Origin: Amoebophrya sp. A120
Lineage: Eukaryota; Protista; Dinoflagellata
Assembly: GCA_905178155.1 (NCBI GenBank)
Contig: CAJINV010000001.1
Span: 4,140,421 to 4,204,420, forward strand
Direction of reading: 5' to 3'
Length of the DNA: 64,000 bases
In this document: positions 1 through 13,175 of the stretch, in pieces
Layout of the letters: every line of letters begins with the position of its first letter
Numbering within the stretch: position 1 is the stretch's first letter
Program-made: the position numbers and the translations under genes
The notes under the pieces: model-generated
Seen by the model: only the letters and a program-made list of their open reading frames with translations
Database searches by the model: none
Told to the model about the DNA's origin: nothing

Positions 1-859
1 GACGGGAAAGCCAACTGCGAGAAGCGCGCTTGGCACCGGGCCAATCAAGAATTGCCTACTCGATCACCTTGGTTTGAACCGCGAAAAGGTGCTGAGTTTG
101 CAACAGAGACTGGCGGATGGGGGAGGCTTGGATGGCTCTGAGACCGTCTCTGAGGGTGGAGAACTCTGGTCCCTGGTAGGACCCCTGGTATGGAACGCCG
201 GCGCGCCTTTGACGGTTTTAGGAATCATTGTCGCCCTGGGAAGCTGAGACCCGCCGTGGAGGCCGTGGTCGTGTGTGGTTTTCTCAATTGTGGTGTACAA
301 TGGTGTCAGCGCATTCAAAGACAAAGTGTTTTCTGGTTCCACCATAGATTTCATTTCTACAGTGGTTCATCTGTTCATCATAAAATGAAAAGGAAGAGTC
401 AAACAAGGTGAAAAAATGCAGCTGGTGCATACATGCCCTTCTTGCACTTGCGTATTCGTACGAAGGAGCGGTCTGTACTACACATTCATTCAAAGCCGAA
501 AAGAAAATGCTTGCGCTTGGTTAATGTCCTACAGATTATTTTTGCAAGTAGTGCCCGCAGGCTGTTTTAGGAGCCGACGTTATCGCAATCGCATTCAATC
601 TCATTCTCAAATTGGAAGCACAAGACCCCGCGATGCTTCGCTTTGAGATCGTGTCGATCTCTCGACAAAGTTGTCTTTAGTTTTACTAGAGGCACGCCTG
701 GGATTATGGAAGAAGTGTGTTCATATTTTGTAATTACTAGAGGCACGTGCTTACTACTTGAATGTCACCACTGCGCTCTGTGATGTTGGGAGGTGGTTGC
801 GAGTTTGAGTTACAAGTGTCGGAAGGACGACGCTTGAGCTATAGAGTGCGCTAGTTGCA

Positions 860-1682
860 TTGCGCGAGCGCTTCGCGTACATGCTTCAGAAGATCGGGCG
901 GCGCAGCCCGAGCCAGGGCGGCCCCCGCAAAGGGCTCCAGGCGGTCGCGGCGTTCTCTGTCTGGTGGCGCATTGCGGAGGATGTCCGCCGCATCTTCGGC
1001 GCGGGAAGTGTCGCGGGCCGCCTCGTGGTTTTCATCGAGGGCGACGCAGCAAAGCCCTACCCCTCCCGCCCCCAACTGGTACGCCAGCAGCTTTGGACCA
1101 GCTGGGGGCTTTCGGGAACCCCCTACGGCCGGTTGGCGGCGCGGTCACACATCGCGACGCCTTGCCGGGTCCGCGCAGCACGCGGGCTCGTTGCCCCGGC
1201 GGCACACACTCACGAGCGGCTCTGCGGAGGGCAGCAGGCGCCCCCCGCCTGATTTTGCGGCTGCGTACGAAATCGCGCGCCGCGGCGGCGCGGATTATGT
1301 GGCGCAGTATCCGGCCCGCCTCACCCCATGGGGCCGGCCTTCGACTACTAGCGCCGGCCCCGATCCGGGGTCGCTCGCGAATCCGACAGGGGCCCCACGT
1401 TGGAGCGGCATCACGCGGCGCCCGATGTACAACGCGGAGGGCGCCCAGCTTCTGGAGCTGGACAGCGCTACGGCCTTCGACGTCGCCTATCCGAACGCGG
1501 TGCGCATCGGCAGGCGCTGCGCCGAGGAGTTTCTGGCGGCCGGGGGCAGTGCTTGGATGGGGCTCGTTCGCCCGCCGTCCTTGGCCCTGCGCGCAGCGCG
1601 GGGGGATCTCCGGGGAAGCAGCCGGCAACCGCCGGCCGCCCCGAGCGCTCTGCGTGGTGGTTTGGTTGTGGATGCCCCCTAG
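860..1682 (+). pseudogene. Very GC-rich segment with two overlapping ORF pieces (860-1252, then another frame to 1682); possible frameshifted gene or foreign fragment
   Basis: The protein-like ORF 860..1252 ends near a C run (~1241-1249), and protein-like sequence continues in the frame of ORF 855..1682 (PDFAAAYEIARRGGADYVAQYP...). No family recognised. Confidence 0.3.
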
Positions 1683-2476
1683 GTGGGCGTGCCCAGGTAG
1701 CCAGCCGCAGAATTGCCAGCAACGCCAATCCGTGCCAGCCAGTAAGTATCTATGGCAGGCGCCCCCCGCCCGCGTTCGCTCGGCCGGGCCCGGCGTCAGT
1801 TGATTGTGGGCATAGCTGGCCACCCAGCTTGCCGGCCGCGCCGCGACGGCGGCTGCGCCTGCGGTTCGCAGTCAGTTTCCCTTCTTGGTCGAGTCTCTGA
1901 CGCGGCGACGTGTTGTCGGTGGTGTCTGACCCCCGCTCCTTGTGACCGCCGATGAGTATCATAATCCTTCCATAAATATGAAGTCTATGCATTGTTCCGA
2001 CTCCGAGAGCGTCGAGGGGTCCTCCAGTTTTTCCGAGGAAAGTGCTGATTCTGCAAGGCGGTTGCTCTCTCGCTTCTAGCCATGAATCAAAACACTGCGC
2101 CGAAGCTTGTCTGATCGTGAGTCTCTCTGTCTAGCGCCGTCGCTTCTGCTGCTCCTACCTGCGACAGCGATTAGTGCCGCTGCAGTTGTAGTTTCACGAA
2201 AGTATCAGCTGAGTGGTTGAGTGGAAGTGTCTGACCGAAGTACGAAAAGGGGCGCAAGAAGTGCAACGTCGGGTAGCCAGAGTTTACCAAGCCATGTCTG
2301 GTGCTCTTTCCAGCAAACTAACCCAAACTGTCTCCTCCCGCGGCGGCCAGCGTGGTCTGCAGTGTGGGCTCGATGCTTTCTCGTCTTCAAGCAGGACATC
2401 ACTTCGAGCCACCTCCATCTCCTCCCGCGCAGCAGCAACGACCACTACAAGCCACCAGTTTACCCAGAGCGCGAAC

Positions 2477-4071
2477 ATGTCAACCCACCGTGTGGCGATT
2501 TTGGGTTTCGGTACGGTGGGGAAGGGTTTCGTGGAGATTATCAAGAAGAAGAACGCGATGCTCCAGCAGAAATTCGGCCTGGACGTCCAGGTTGTCGCGG
2601 TGTCGGACTTCAACAAAGGCTCCGTGTACGCTCCGGACGGACTGAACCTGCCGGAACTGCTGGAATGGGACGCCGCGGGGAAAAGTCTGAACGATTTCGG
2701 AAAGGACAAGGGATACAAGCACGAAATGGACTCACTGCAGACGTGCAAGGTATAGAAGAGGCACACGAAACAGAAATTACCAAGAATTTTACGCATGCAA
2801 ATGAGTAGCATCCATGAGTGCAACATTGAACGAGAAGGGGCAGCCTTGTTTTTTGAATTCCGTCAGGACGTCGCGTGTGACAGTCTCCTCGAAATGACCT
2901 TCACGAACTTGGACGACGGGACGCCGGCGATTTCTCACGTCGAAACGTGTTTACAAAACGGAAAAAACGTCATAACGACCAACAAGGGGCCAGTCGTCTT
3001 CGCCTACGACGAATTGGACGCCCTCGCAAGGAAAAACGGGCTGCGATTCATGATTGAAGGTATTAATCAAGAGGCTTCAGAAGATCGCACAAGAGGCCGC
3101 TTACACATGAGGCTGTTCACCTTGATAGTTCCACCTTTTGGTAGTGGTGCTCCTGCCCCTCTAACAACATAATTCTTGTGCTTGGCCTTCATCATGATAA
3201 CACCAAAAATAGCCTGAAACCCACTCAACAACTCAGGATCCATCGTCAGTGGCACCCCGGTCGTGAGTCTGATGCGAAACCTCCCGGCCTGTGAGTACAC
3301 AGAGATTGGCGGGATTCTGAATGGGACGTGCAACTACATGCTTTCTTCGATGGAGTTCGATGGCGTGGAATACGACGCCGCTCTGAAAGAGGCTCAGCGC
3401 CTCGGCTACGCCGAGGCCAATCCGAGTTTCGATGTGGGCGGTGGCGACGCACGGGCGAAGGCAATTATTCTCTGCCGCATGTTGAAAGACCCGTTTCCGA
3501 CCGACAAGATCGAGTTGGAGGTAATAGCGCACTTTGACCTTTTTTGTAGAAACAGGAACTCGAATTATGCCTTTCCATAGCAAATCCAAATCACCCTGAG
3601 CTTGCGTCTCCGTCGCAGGTGACGACTACTACCAGGTGGATATAGAAAGATTAGCTCTACTCCTGAACAAGTGAGCAGGGGCGGCCCCTGTAGTCATGCT
3701 CGTCATGACAATGCATTCCATTTTCATGATGCGCTCAATTCTGATTCTCTTTCCAGGGTATCGAGGGCGTCACCAAGGCAATGGTGGACGAGGCCAAGGC
3801 GAACGGGAAGCGGTACAAGCTGGTCTCCACGTTGAAATTCGACTCCTCGACGCAGAAAATTTCCAGCATCGCCGTCAAACCCACACTGCTGGACGTGAAA
3901 ACGGACGCCCTGGCCAACGTCGGGGGTGCGTTGAACGCTTTGAACTTCAAAACCGACATGCTCGGCCCAGACTTGACCATCATTGGGCCGGGCGCGGGGA
4001 AGATCGAGACGGGCTATTCACTCTTCACCGACCTGATGTACCTCTGTAACCTCGGGAAGTCGTTTCCTTAA
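2477..4071 (+). CDS. hom: Homoserine dehydrogenase, monofunctional, ~354 aa; exons 2477-2749, 2867-3059, 3237-3520, 3757-4071
   Basis: Rossmann motif ILGFGTVG, VITTNKGP, EG-SIVSGTP, GILNGTCNY, AQRLGYAEANP and GPGAG. Three GT-AG introns join the exons in frame. Confidence 0.93.
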
Positions 4072-5311
4072 GAACCGCGAAATGCAGGTCGTATTGCTGC
4101 GTAGTCACTTCGTCATCAAATCGGAGATTTGGATTTCTAATATGGTCGCAGTAACTACGGAATCTTTCTACGAAGTTTACGACAGTGCGACGAGAAGGTG
4201 GTTGGCCTTTGATTCATTTTCTCTGTCTCTCCCTCTCTCATAATTTAAATTTTTGGTTTCTTGCTTCATCTATGGAAATCGCCTCTCCTTATATTTTTGG
4301 AAATCACAGTCGGTGACTGTGATTTCCGTTCTTTTATTTGTATGCACAAGAACTACTTCTTGCTGATTCGATTAAGAAACCGCTCCTGGTACCGGAGACT
4401 CACTTCTTCTTCGCAGCCAAAATTGCGACAGCGCCAGGCTTTACTTTTTCAACAAAGTTTTACTTTTTTTGCCCATTTTGCAACGCTCGAGTGGTGTAAA
4501 CAAAATGATATCTTTCAACTACGTGACTGTCGCACTGGTTGTAGCTTGGCTGCGTCTAAAAAATAAATTACGAGTGCTAACACTGCAGCTGTGGAGGCAC
4601 AGATGCACTACGCAAAATCATGCATCTGTGCTTTCTTTTTTGCCCAGTAGTGTCCTTTCCAGTGATAGTGAATTATCGTGTGTAAATAAAGCGGCTTTCC
4701 CACCGACTTTTTGTTTTCGTTTTCTGCACAGCAGAGCAGGTATCCTAGCTAGTAGTGGAAAAGGACAAAGCTAAGCGGGGCCATTGTGGATATCGAAATC
4801 GATATTGCTAATTAGCATTACAGAAATGCATGCGCTCTTTTCGGCTGGCACTTCATCTTCATATTGTGCTCCGGGGGTGACTGCAAGAACACGCGAAACA
4901 AGAACGCGAACTGGTATTAGAACAACTTGTTCGCAATTTGAAAGCCACCACGGTACCTGGACAAATATGATAAACTGAAACTCTGCAACGAGTTCCAAGG
5001 TCTGCCTCTCCTCTTATGAAGTCGAAGTCGTCCAATTCCAAACCAGTACTACCTTTTGCTCCAGTTCTAATATGTAAGACGCGAAGTCTGTGGGCTTTCG
5101 GATTTTTTTACTACCTTGCCCTGATCTTGTTATGTACCGCTATCCGTAGAGATGCGGTTGCGCTCCTATCCACCTTTCTCACTGCATGACAAACAAAACT
5201 GGAGTACATACAACACAGACGTTGTTTCACGTTCTGGCTCGAGCCGTGTTCTTCTAGCGGTTGAAACGCTAGAATTGGTTATAAGTATCCGTTAAAACCG
5301 TAACCGAATAA

Positions 5312-7058
5312 ATGAAGGACACATACACGGACGAACGACAACGGTCTCGCTCACCCAAGGAGCGGCGTAAATCGGGTTCTTCTTCTCCGAAGCAAGCCTC
5401 TTGCCAGAACGGTGGATCTGGGTCCGTCCCGACAACCCGGATGGCGTCGATCACTAAGAGCGTTGCGGGAAAGCCGCTGGCACGCCCGTACTCGCGGTTG
5501 CGGCTCGCCCTGGTAAGACACGGGGAGTCGTGCAACAACGTGCATGAGAGCACGGGCGACGCACTCACCTACTGGAAGTACCGCAGTCCCGATCCGGACC
5601 TTACGGAACGCGGTCACCAGCAGGCGGCGCTGTTGGCGAAGCACCTTGCGGACGAGAAAAAGTCACAATTTTGGGGCATGCACCCAATCAGCGAGCTCTG
5701 GGTGTCGCCCGTAAAACGCTATCCAGGAAAAAACACCCATCCCCATCCAATTTGTCATGCAAAACATGCATAAAATCCACTATTTCTATTTGCCATGCAA
5801 AAAATGGATGGGGATGGGTGTTTTTTCCTGGATAGACGCGCCATGCAGACGATCCGTCCTTTGTCACAAACGAAAGTGCGGAGGAACGGCGGCCCTTATT
5901 TCGGCGAGTGGAAAACGGAAATGGGGATAAAAAGCGCGATCAACGGAGGCAACGCCCGCTACGTCGAGGAGGCAAACAGACTCTCTTGCTTCGAAAGAAG
6001 TACTTATCTAAAACGAGCTGCTTGATTTCAGAATTGTTTCTCTGTAAGAACTGCTGGCTTGTTAGTCTTGATTTTGATTTTCCATGATTTTTTGATGCAT
6101 GAGACAAGACCAAGATTTCCAAAAGCTCGTCAAAATAACGAAAACAACAGCCGCTTCGCCAGCTGAGTATGCGAAAATGGAACCCCTTTTGCAGCTTCGA
6201 GCCTTCGAGGAGGGCGGTCTGTTCCAGCGGGAAGTTATCGTCGACGACAAAACCGGGGAGTTTTCTTTGACCGAGCAGAAAGCCGTGGGTGGGCTGACGA
6301 AGTCGCAAATCCAAAGAGATTTTCCGGGCTATCAGATCCCGAAAGAAGTCACGGAGAAGGGCTGGTACGTGCCGCAGACCACGCCAACCGAGACACACGC
6401 CGAATCCCGACACCGGGCGTACGAATTCGCCAAAATGCTGAAAAAGCGCGCCGCGGGGCTGGCGGCACCGGGCGCGGTGAGGCAGTCAGATAACATTGTC
6501 CTCGTCGCGCATTTCGATTTCATCACCCAGCTGCTCGCGTCTTTGTTGCATTTTGAATCCAAGGACCCCACGGTGAAGGAGCATGGCGCGCTGATGCTGC
6601 ACAACGGCGTTTTAGACGGAATCTGGTTTCGACACTTCAACACCGGCGTCACCGTGGTGGACATTCTGGGTGGCACGGGCCAAGCGGGATATCAAATGCA
6701 AACATGTCTGGGTCTGGAAGAATGCAACTTGTGATGCTGCGTTTGGATTCCAAAAAAATCTGTATTGCATGAGTAGCAAAGGGAATGCAATTTTTACTAC
6801 GCTGAGAAGGCATTTTCCATGCGGAATAGGCATCAAGATGCTCTCACAAAATCTGTATTGCTAGGGTATCCATCACAGACATCATGGCTCGTGCAAAACG
6901 TGCATGACAGGCGTCATAATCTTCCAGACCCAGACATTTTTGCATGTGATACGGGAATCGTGCTTGCAAATTCCATTGACCATCTACGCGACCACCCGGA
7001 ACTGGTATCCGGATTCTCCTTAGGAAATGTCGCCGGAGTCGATACTGCAGTTCAGTAG
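5312..7058 (+). CDS. Histidine phosphatase (phosphoglycerate mutase-like) family protein, interrupted by two introner-like elements and one unresolved intron (~5972/6000-6108)
   Basis: LVRHGES, DPDLTERGHQQA, SPVK-RAMQT (restored by removing 5720-5839), VLVAH, NTGVT and C-terminal ANSIDHL (restored by removing 6690-6956). Start codon uncertain. Confidence 0.88.
5720..5834. mobile_element. Introner-like non-canonical intron, family E
   Basis: Perfect 30-bp TIR TATCCAGGAAAAAACACCCATCCCCATCCA. DR AACGC/GACGC. Removing 120 nt restores SPVKRAMQT. Confidence 0.92.
6690..6951. mobile_element. Introner-like non-canonical intron, family C
   Basis: TIR TATCAAATGCAAACATGTCTGGGTCTGGAAG / CTTCCAGACCCAGACATTTTTGCATGTGATA. 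DR CGGGA. Removing 267 nt gives GQAG-IVLANSIDHL. Confidence 0.92.
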
Positions 7059-7706
7059 TTCCGTTGACCGCTTCTTGATACGTTGCGACATCACTGCAAC
7101 GATCTTCTGCTCCTCTGCGTTCTTTTTTCTTGTTGTGGCTGTTCTTCTGACCTTTGCCTGGACCAAGTATCACGATAGATTTTTCGTTTGGTTCTTGACC
7201 AAGTATCACGATAGACACGCAAATTGAACCGGCAAGGAATTATGGAAGGTGGAACAAACAAAACCAGAGCCATCCTTTTCATGTTTGTGTGCTTGTTTTG
7301 ACCGCACTAGGATTTTCGATTCGCCTGATGAAGTATAGAAACTATCAACATCGTGAATGTGAAACTCGAAATTGCTCTCAGCATCGTAGTCGGTAATGGA
7401 GACAACATCGCAATGTGAATGCCATGAGCGTCTGAATCGCCATCGAAGTTCGAGAAACAAGCCCACGGTGCTCGAGCCAACAATCGCAATCGTCCAGGTC
7501 CCATTGTTGATTTCTCGATATAAAACGTGGTCACGGGGATGGCAAATGACTTCTTGTCCTTAGATCAGCGCTTGACCGACGTCGTACCTTTTTTATGCGG
7601 ATCGCACATAGAAAGATATTAGACGAAAACGCGTCAGGACATCAAACACAAACAAGATATTAAACCGGCATCAACCCTAATCAAACACAAACAACTCCAA
7701 GAACAT

Positions 7707-9154
7707 ATGATGAAGCCACACGCAAACAGTAATGATGTAGCTCTCCGTCCCGCGCGACCTCTGCTCACGTTTCACAGCCTTACGGAGTTGCTCTCCCCGG
7801 CTGCTTCACGGGAAGCGCTTCTGACGTTGTTTCAGTATGTGTTTCTGTTTCTCCGGGAGGCGGTGCCCTCGCAGCAGGAACGCTTTGGAAATGCACTCAG
7901 CAAAATTAGCACCACCAGGAAGACCTTGCGCTGGGGGACCGCTTTGGAAGCCATATCGAGCATAATCGACGACGTAAAGCGATTTTGGCGGGAACGCAAA
8001 GCGCAGCTTGAAACCGCCAAAAAGTTGTCGATGCACAACAATACGGTACGCAAAGTTGCGAGGAAAGACGTTGGGACGACCACGTCGGTAGTGCCTGCAG
8101 CTACGTCTCATCTCATCAAACATGCAGCTCCTGTTCCTACCACAAGCCCCTTTCCGCTCCTGCTTCGTGCCATCGCCACGGCAGGTGATTTGTTCTACAT
8201 GAGCTTGGAGCACGTGATCTCGCTCTCCGAGCTACGCCTGTTCCCTTTTCTGCCAAAGGGGCAATTGTCAAGCGAAGTATTGTATGGATTGCAAATAAAG
8301 TATCGCACTCCTCGTAGCGATTCCACTTATGCAAGACAAATCTGGACTCTTAGGTAAATCTAAATGATGTAAATCAGCATTTACCATCAATTCAATTTTT
8401 TCTTCTGGGAAAATTTGCAACGATATCTGTGTGTACTACGTGCGATACTTTTACCATGCATATCTTGGAGGTGGTCGATGGTGTCTCGGAGTTGGGCGAC
8501 ATCACCTGCTCCGTGTGCACCGTTCTGGCAAACGCGGTAGAGGAAAAAAACGAGCGGAACTACTTGAAAGCCACGACTTCATCTACGGTACCGCAGCTGG
8601 ACAGCCCAGCTAAAAATGTCGCCAGGCGATCTGGAAGTGGCACGGGAAGTATAAGCACCACGGACGATTTCGTGCCTGGTGACGAGCAACACGACCGTCC
8701 ACCGCAAGTAGAAGCAGGCATCGACGGTAGTACTACCGACCTAGATCTGCCGTTCGAAAGTGCTACGTCTTCCGGAGGTGAGGAGGCGGATGAGGAGGGG
8801 TGGAAGCGAGGTGGAGGACGTGACAAAATCAGCAATGATGATCGTGATCCACCCTACAGCAAATACAACTACCCAGACCAGCACGATTTCGATTTCCAAC
8901 TCGATAGACGCCTCGTCGCTTTTCATCGTCAGCAGCAAACAGCGACGATTTCGAAATTGATTCGACGATGGGAGGTGTTTTCCCATTTGCTCTTCCTCCC
9001 TGTTTGGGCGTTCTGGATGACGAGTGCGCTGCGGCCAAAGACCGGACCCGTGGTCAAAGCGAAGCTTGCTGGGCTGCTCGGAATTCTGGCGCAATTGTGT
9101 CAGTTCCGTATCATGAGGTTGAAGCAAATACGGGCGCAAGTCTTGTCCTGTTAA
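7707..9154 (+). CDS. PEX11: PEX11-like peroxisomal membrane protein, two exons split by a degenerate introner
   Basis: N-terminal LFQY...ISTTRKTLRWG pattern, central DLFYMSLEH, C-terminal hydrophobic GLLGILAQL. ORFs 7707..8357 and 8429..9154 join in frame. Confidence 0.7.
8283..8462. mobile_element. Degenerate introner-like intron, family A related
   Basis: TAT...ATA ends and residual IR AAAGTATCGCAC/GTGCGATACTTT. DR TATTG/TCTTG. Removing 185 nt is in frame. Confidence 0.75.
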
Positions 9155-9914
9155 ATAACCAGCAGGGCGACCATAGTACTTTGTCAACACTACGAGCAGA
9201 TCGAGAACTCTATCTCTCCAAAAGCTGCTTCTGTGCTTCTTTATCTTCTACTTTTTCACTATTGCGGTCTACTGGCAACTCGCCCTGCTGCTCCTGCAAC
9301 CCCAGAGATGAGGAAAGTTGTATGATGAAAATGAACAGAATATTACACCATACAGACACGCGGCAGAACGACAAAAGCGCGCTTGCTGTTAGTCCCTGTT
9401 CGACGTCGCCTTCGCTTTTTTTCGTGTTGTGATCTTTGTCAAGCGATTGGTGTCATCTTCGGTTTTGTTTGCCAGCACCATACAACCGCCCCTTGTAAAA
9501 GTAGTTCACTCGTCTGGCGTTTGTCCTCGTTTGTCGTTCTTTATTCCGAGATTCCTCGTGCTTGTTTATGTTTATTCATTCGTTCTACTCATACTTCTCC
9601 CTCGTCGTATTGCATCTAATTGCTATCGTGCAACTGTGATTCGTTCTTGTCTTCGTCCTCATTGAGTTTTCCCTTTAGTGAATAGCAACAAGAAAAACAC
9701 TTTGCACCACCACCATCCATAACACAAAGAGAACTTCTCCCAAGCAGCAGGTGCAAGTAAGCATCTCTTTTAGCGTATCCACCCACCGTTGCCCTCTCCT
9801 TTTGCATTTCGCGCATATTTCGAAGTCAAAATCAAAAAGGTCTCGAAAGTTTCATCTCTACTCTCATAGCATCTCGAAGAACACTTCGCACCACAAAAAA
9901 ACTAAACAAGCACC

Positions 9915-10451
9915 ATGGATGTCTTGGGCGCACTTTTCTGCCAGGAGATCCCGGGGAACTTCTTCCTCGACCTGATCTTTGGACGCGACGTAGACTGCGG
10001 CCCGCACATTGCGCTGTTCAACCTGCCGCTGCCCTTGTTCGTTCCCCTCGTCGTCGCCGTCGGGTCCATCTACATCACGATGACGGTTCTGCTGTCGCCG
10101 GACGAAAGCAGCTACGATGCCGTGAACAATGCCCTGAACGCCGCAGTCGAGGAGCCCGCGCGGGATTTTCAGACCTCCCGCGATACGGCGTTCCCGGCCG
10201 GCACCGACCGCAATTTCGTGACCACCGTGGCGCCGGATGCGACGTACGGCATGAAAACTGCGGGCGTGTTTGAGGCGACCGGGGCGGGCGCCCGCGACGC
10301 GGCGACGCTCGAGGGTCGCCGCAACCTCGGCCTGGGCGAGAAGACCAGCGGGCGGGGCGTCGTCCCGGGTGTGGGGCTCGGCATGAACCTCAAAAACGTC
10401 CACCGCCCCATCGGCTTCGATCCCACGCGGTCCGTGGGTGTCGCTGCCTAA
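9915..10451 (+). CDS. Hypothetical 178-aa protein with one predicted transmembrane segment
   Basis: Single-exon ORF with strong G/C third-position bias, ACCATG context and hydrophobic stretch LFVPLVVAVGSIYITMTVLL. Confidence 0.75.
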   Translation: MDVLGALFCQEIPGNFFLDLIFGRDVDCGPHIALFNLPLPLFVPLVVAVGSIYITMTVLLSPDESSYDAVNNALNAAVEEPARDFQTSRDTAFPAGTDRNFVTTVAPDATYGMKTAGVFEATGAGARDAATLEGRRNLGLGEKTSGRGVVPGVGLGMNLKNVHRPIGFDPTRSVGVAA

Positions 10452-13175
10452 GACCACGGGGTAGCAGTTTGTTGATGAGTGCTGTTGTCAAATAAATCTT
10501 CATGGCAGTACAAGAATAAGCTAAGACTCGTGCAGCAGCAGCCAGGCAGAGAAACTTTTAGCATCTTCCGATTCTTGCTCCGTCTGTCTCCGTGATAATC
10601 TTCTTCTCCGTCCCAGCTGCTGGTGCCCTCAACAGGCGTATTTCTATTTTTGAAGTCTCTTTCTTATTCTTTCTATCTCCGTCGAGCCGTGAAAACATAA
10701 AAATTTATCTTATGCAAAGTATGCCGCCAGAAATTAAGATAAGACATTAAGCAGAATCTTCCAAAGGATTTTTTTCCATACTCTCTTTTTTTGCAAAAAA
10801 ACACTTCAATTTTTACCCGCCGGTATTCCCCCTTCCCCCTGCGTCCACTCGATATTGTACAGCCATTCCCAATGAAAAATATTTGCATGCTTCCGCGTTG
10901 GCGCTCCAAGCATACTCAGAAGACACCGCGAGCATGCAAAGAGAGTCACCACGTGGGTGAAATTTTTTCATACCGAGATGTACTACTGCCCACATCTACA
11001 GACACAGTACCTATGAGACATCCTCATCCATGACCATGGTTTATTTTCCCACTACCGCTGCATTATGATTATGTTTATGTTCTCTTGTATTTGGGGTGAG
11101 AATGTAAAAGAAAAAATTCTGTCTGCTATCGTCGGCAACATCTTCGCGCAAGATGCTTGCACAAGTCGGCCTTGATGTTCGAGCTCACAAACTGTTAAAT
11201 AATTCACTGTCGATCCCGATTCGGGACCGTTCAGGTTCACGTGCTGACCCGTTATTGAGAGATACAGGAACAACGAAAAGCAAAAATAGATACGACCTGC
11301 GCCGCTTTCCATAGCCATTCTTGTCGGTCTAAAAAAACTAAAACTAAATCTAAACAACTTCAAAATTACGACGATGGTACTTCTTCATCTGCAGGAATGC
11401 CGGCAAGAATCAATGTACGAAATTGCCAGCTGCGTCATGATCAGATCGGTATTTTTGACGAGGACCCACAAGAAAGAAAAAGAACGAGATCTCAATAACT
11501 TCCGAAATACGCAATCGGCAGCACAAATCGACTCCAGCAAGATCAAAATCTTTCGATCCCGAAAATGTGCACCAAAAATTTTTCAACTTCAGGACCTCAT
11601 TGACCACACCCTTTTTCAACAACTCCAAATCAAAATGATCTTGAATCTTTACCCGGATCTCCGCCACACGATGACCCGCCCGATAGTTCATTCTTAACGC
11701 AAAAGTTTTTTTTCCATCAGCCTCATATTTTTGCCCGATGGACGAACCAAGTCATCCCATTTTCATTTTTTGGAATTGTATCGAAAGTGACATGTTTGGC
11801 TTTCCATGAATTCCTAACAGGTCGAGGATGTAACGAAAAGGAGTAGTACTAGATCGCGTGATAGGTATAACGAAGAGGTGCTTGTTAGTGCAGAAGCTTC
11901 ATGTAGAAGCTTGGTGCAAGAAGCCAAGGTGAAAAAAAGGAGTAGAAGAGTGCCCTGTTGTACTGCAACAGTACAACAACGGCAATCGATGATAAGAATT
12001 TAACCCGAAATCATCTTCTAGAAGACTAAAATATTAGAGATAGTAGAAATGCTTTGTAAGAGTAAGAACCATTCTTCATCATAGCCATAGGACACACCAC
12101 CTCTTCGAATTTTATTTTTAGTAGTACAACAAGAAACGTCAATTTCTCAACTAACAGTAGTACCAATTTTGTGGCGCACATTGGTAACGAAAACGATACT
12201 CATTAAGTATCGATAAAATAACACGAACGGCATCTTCTGACTCTGTGTCCTTCCAAGATATAGAAAATTAAGAGTAGCCGAAAAACCAGAACCACAAGCA
12301 GTATAAAAAAAACGCTCAGGCCCTTGTAACAGCGCCGTCGACAAATTGGAAATCTGGATGTTGATCGGAGTCTATTTATTCACGCATCTTACGAGTTTTA
12401 TTGCAAGGGCATCACTGTAGTTTTTATTTCGCGCATTGTTCATTTTTTCCCCACAAAATTAAAAACTTAAACAAAGAAGTAGCACTACCTCCCGTTGTTC
12501 CCCCAAACCAAGCGTGTGAAAGTAGTCTGACCTTCTTTATCTATAGCAAGCAGAACCTCCCACAACTACTATACAGTTTCGTTCAAGAAAGCTCAGCTGG
12601 GCTTTCCACACTACAGAAACGCGGGTATCGGAAAGAAGCCGCCACCACACAAAGTCGAAGCTGAAAGAATAGTGAATACTACAGCGGACGGAGTAGACAT
12701 TCACTCTGACAATTCTACACTGCCAGGAACCGGAACGAGGTAAAGAGTACCTAATTTTGTACTTTAGACGGCGCGGCTTTCGGACTACAACCTGGAGTGG
12801 CGTGTCTCCTGTCAAGGTCAAAAATTGTACGCTGATTTTCAATCTCAGAAAGTGAAAGAAATATTTTGATCTATCACCCAAGCCTACCCCAGAGATACTT
12901 TTTACGTAAAAGTAACTTATTTAGACATCAATACAATACGTAGTACCCATCACACAATTTGATGCGTTTATATTTTCTACTACCATAGTACGGCAACTTA
13001 GAAGTATTGTTGCATTGTCCCTGGTGGCGCGCAAAATCATAATCAACGGGCTTGCTCGTGCTGGGTATTTTTAGCCAACGCCCCAGCATGAGTGCCCGCC
13101 TAGGATAACTTTAAACTTTCTTCGAGAAGTAGATCCGGCACAAAGAATTCAACGTACGAAAAAATCGAAGACGAA

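Noticed and set aside
683-747. 14-bp direct repeat TTACTAGAGGCACG
   Set aside because: Two copies only, with no associated structure.
7161-7215. 19-bp direct repeat GACCAAGTATCACGATAGA in a 3' region
   Set aside because: Simple local duplication; no TIRs or other copies seen.
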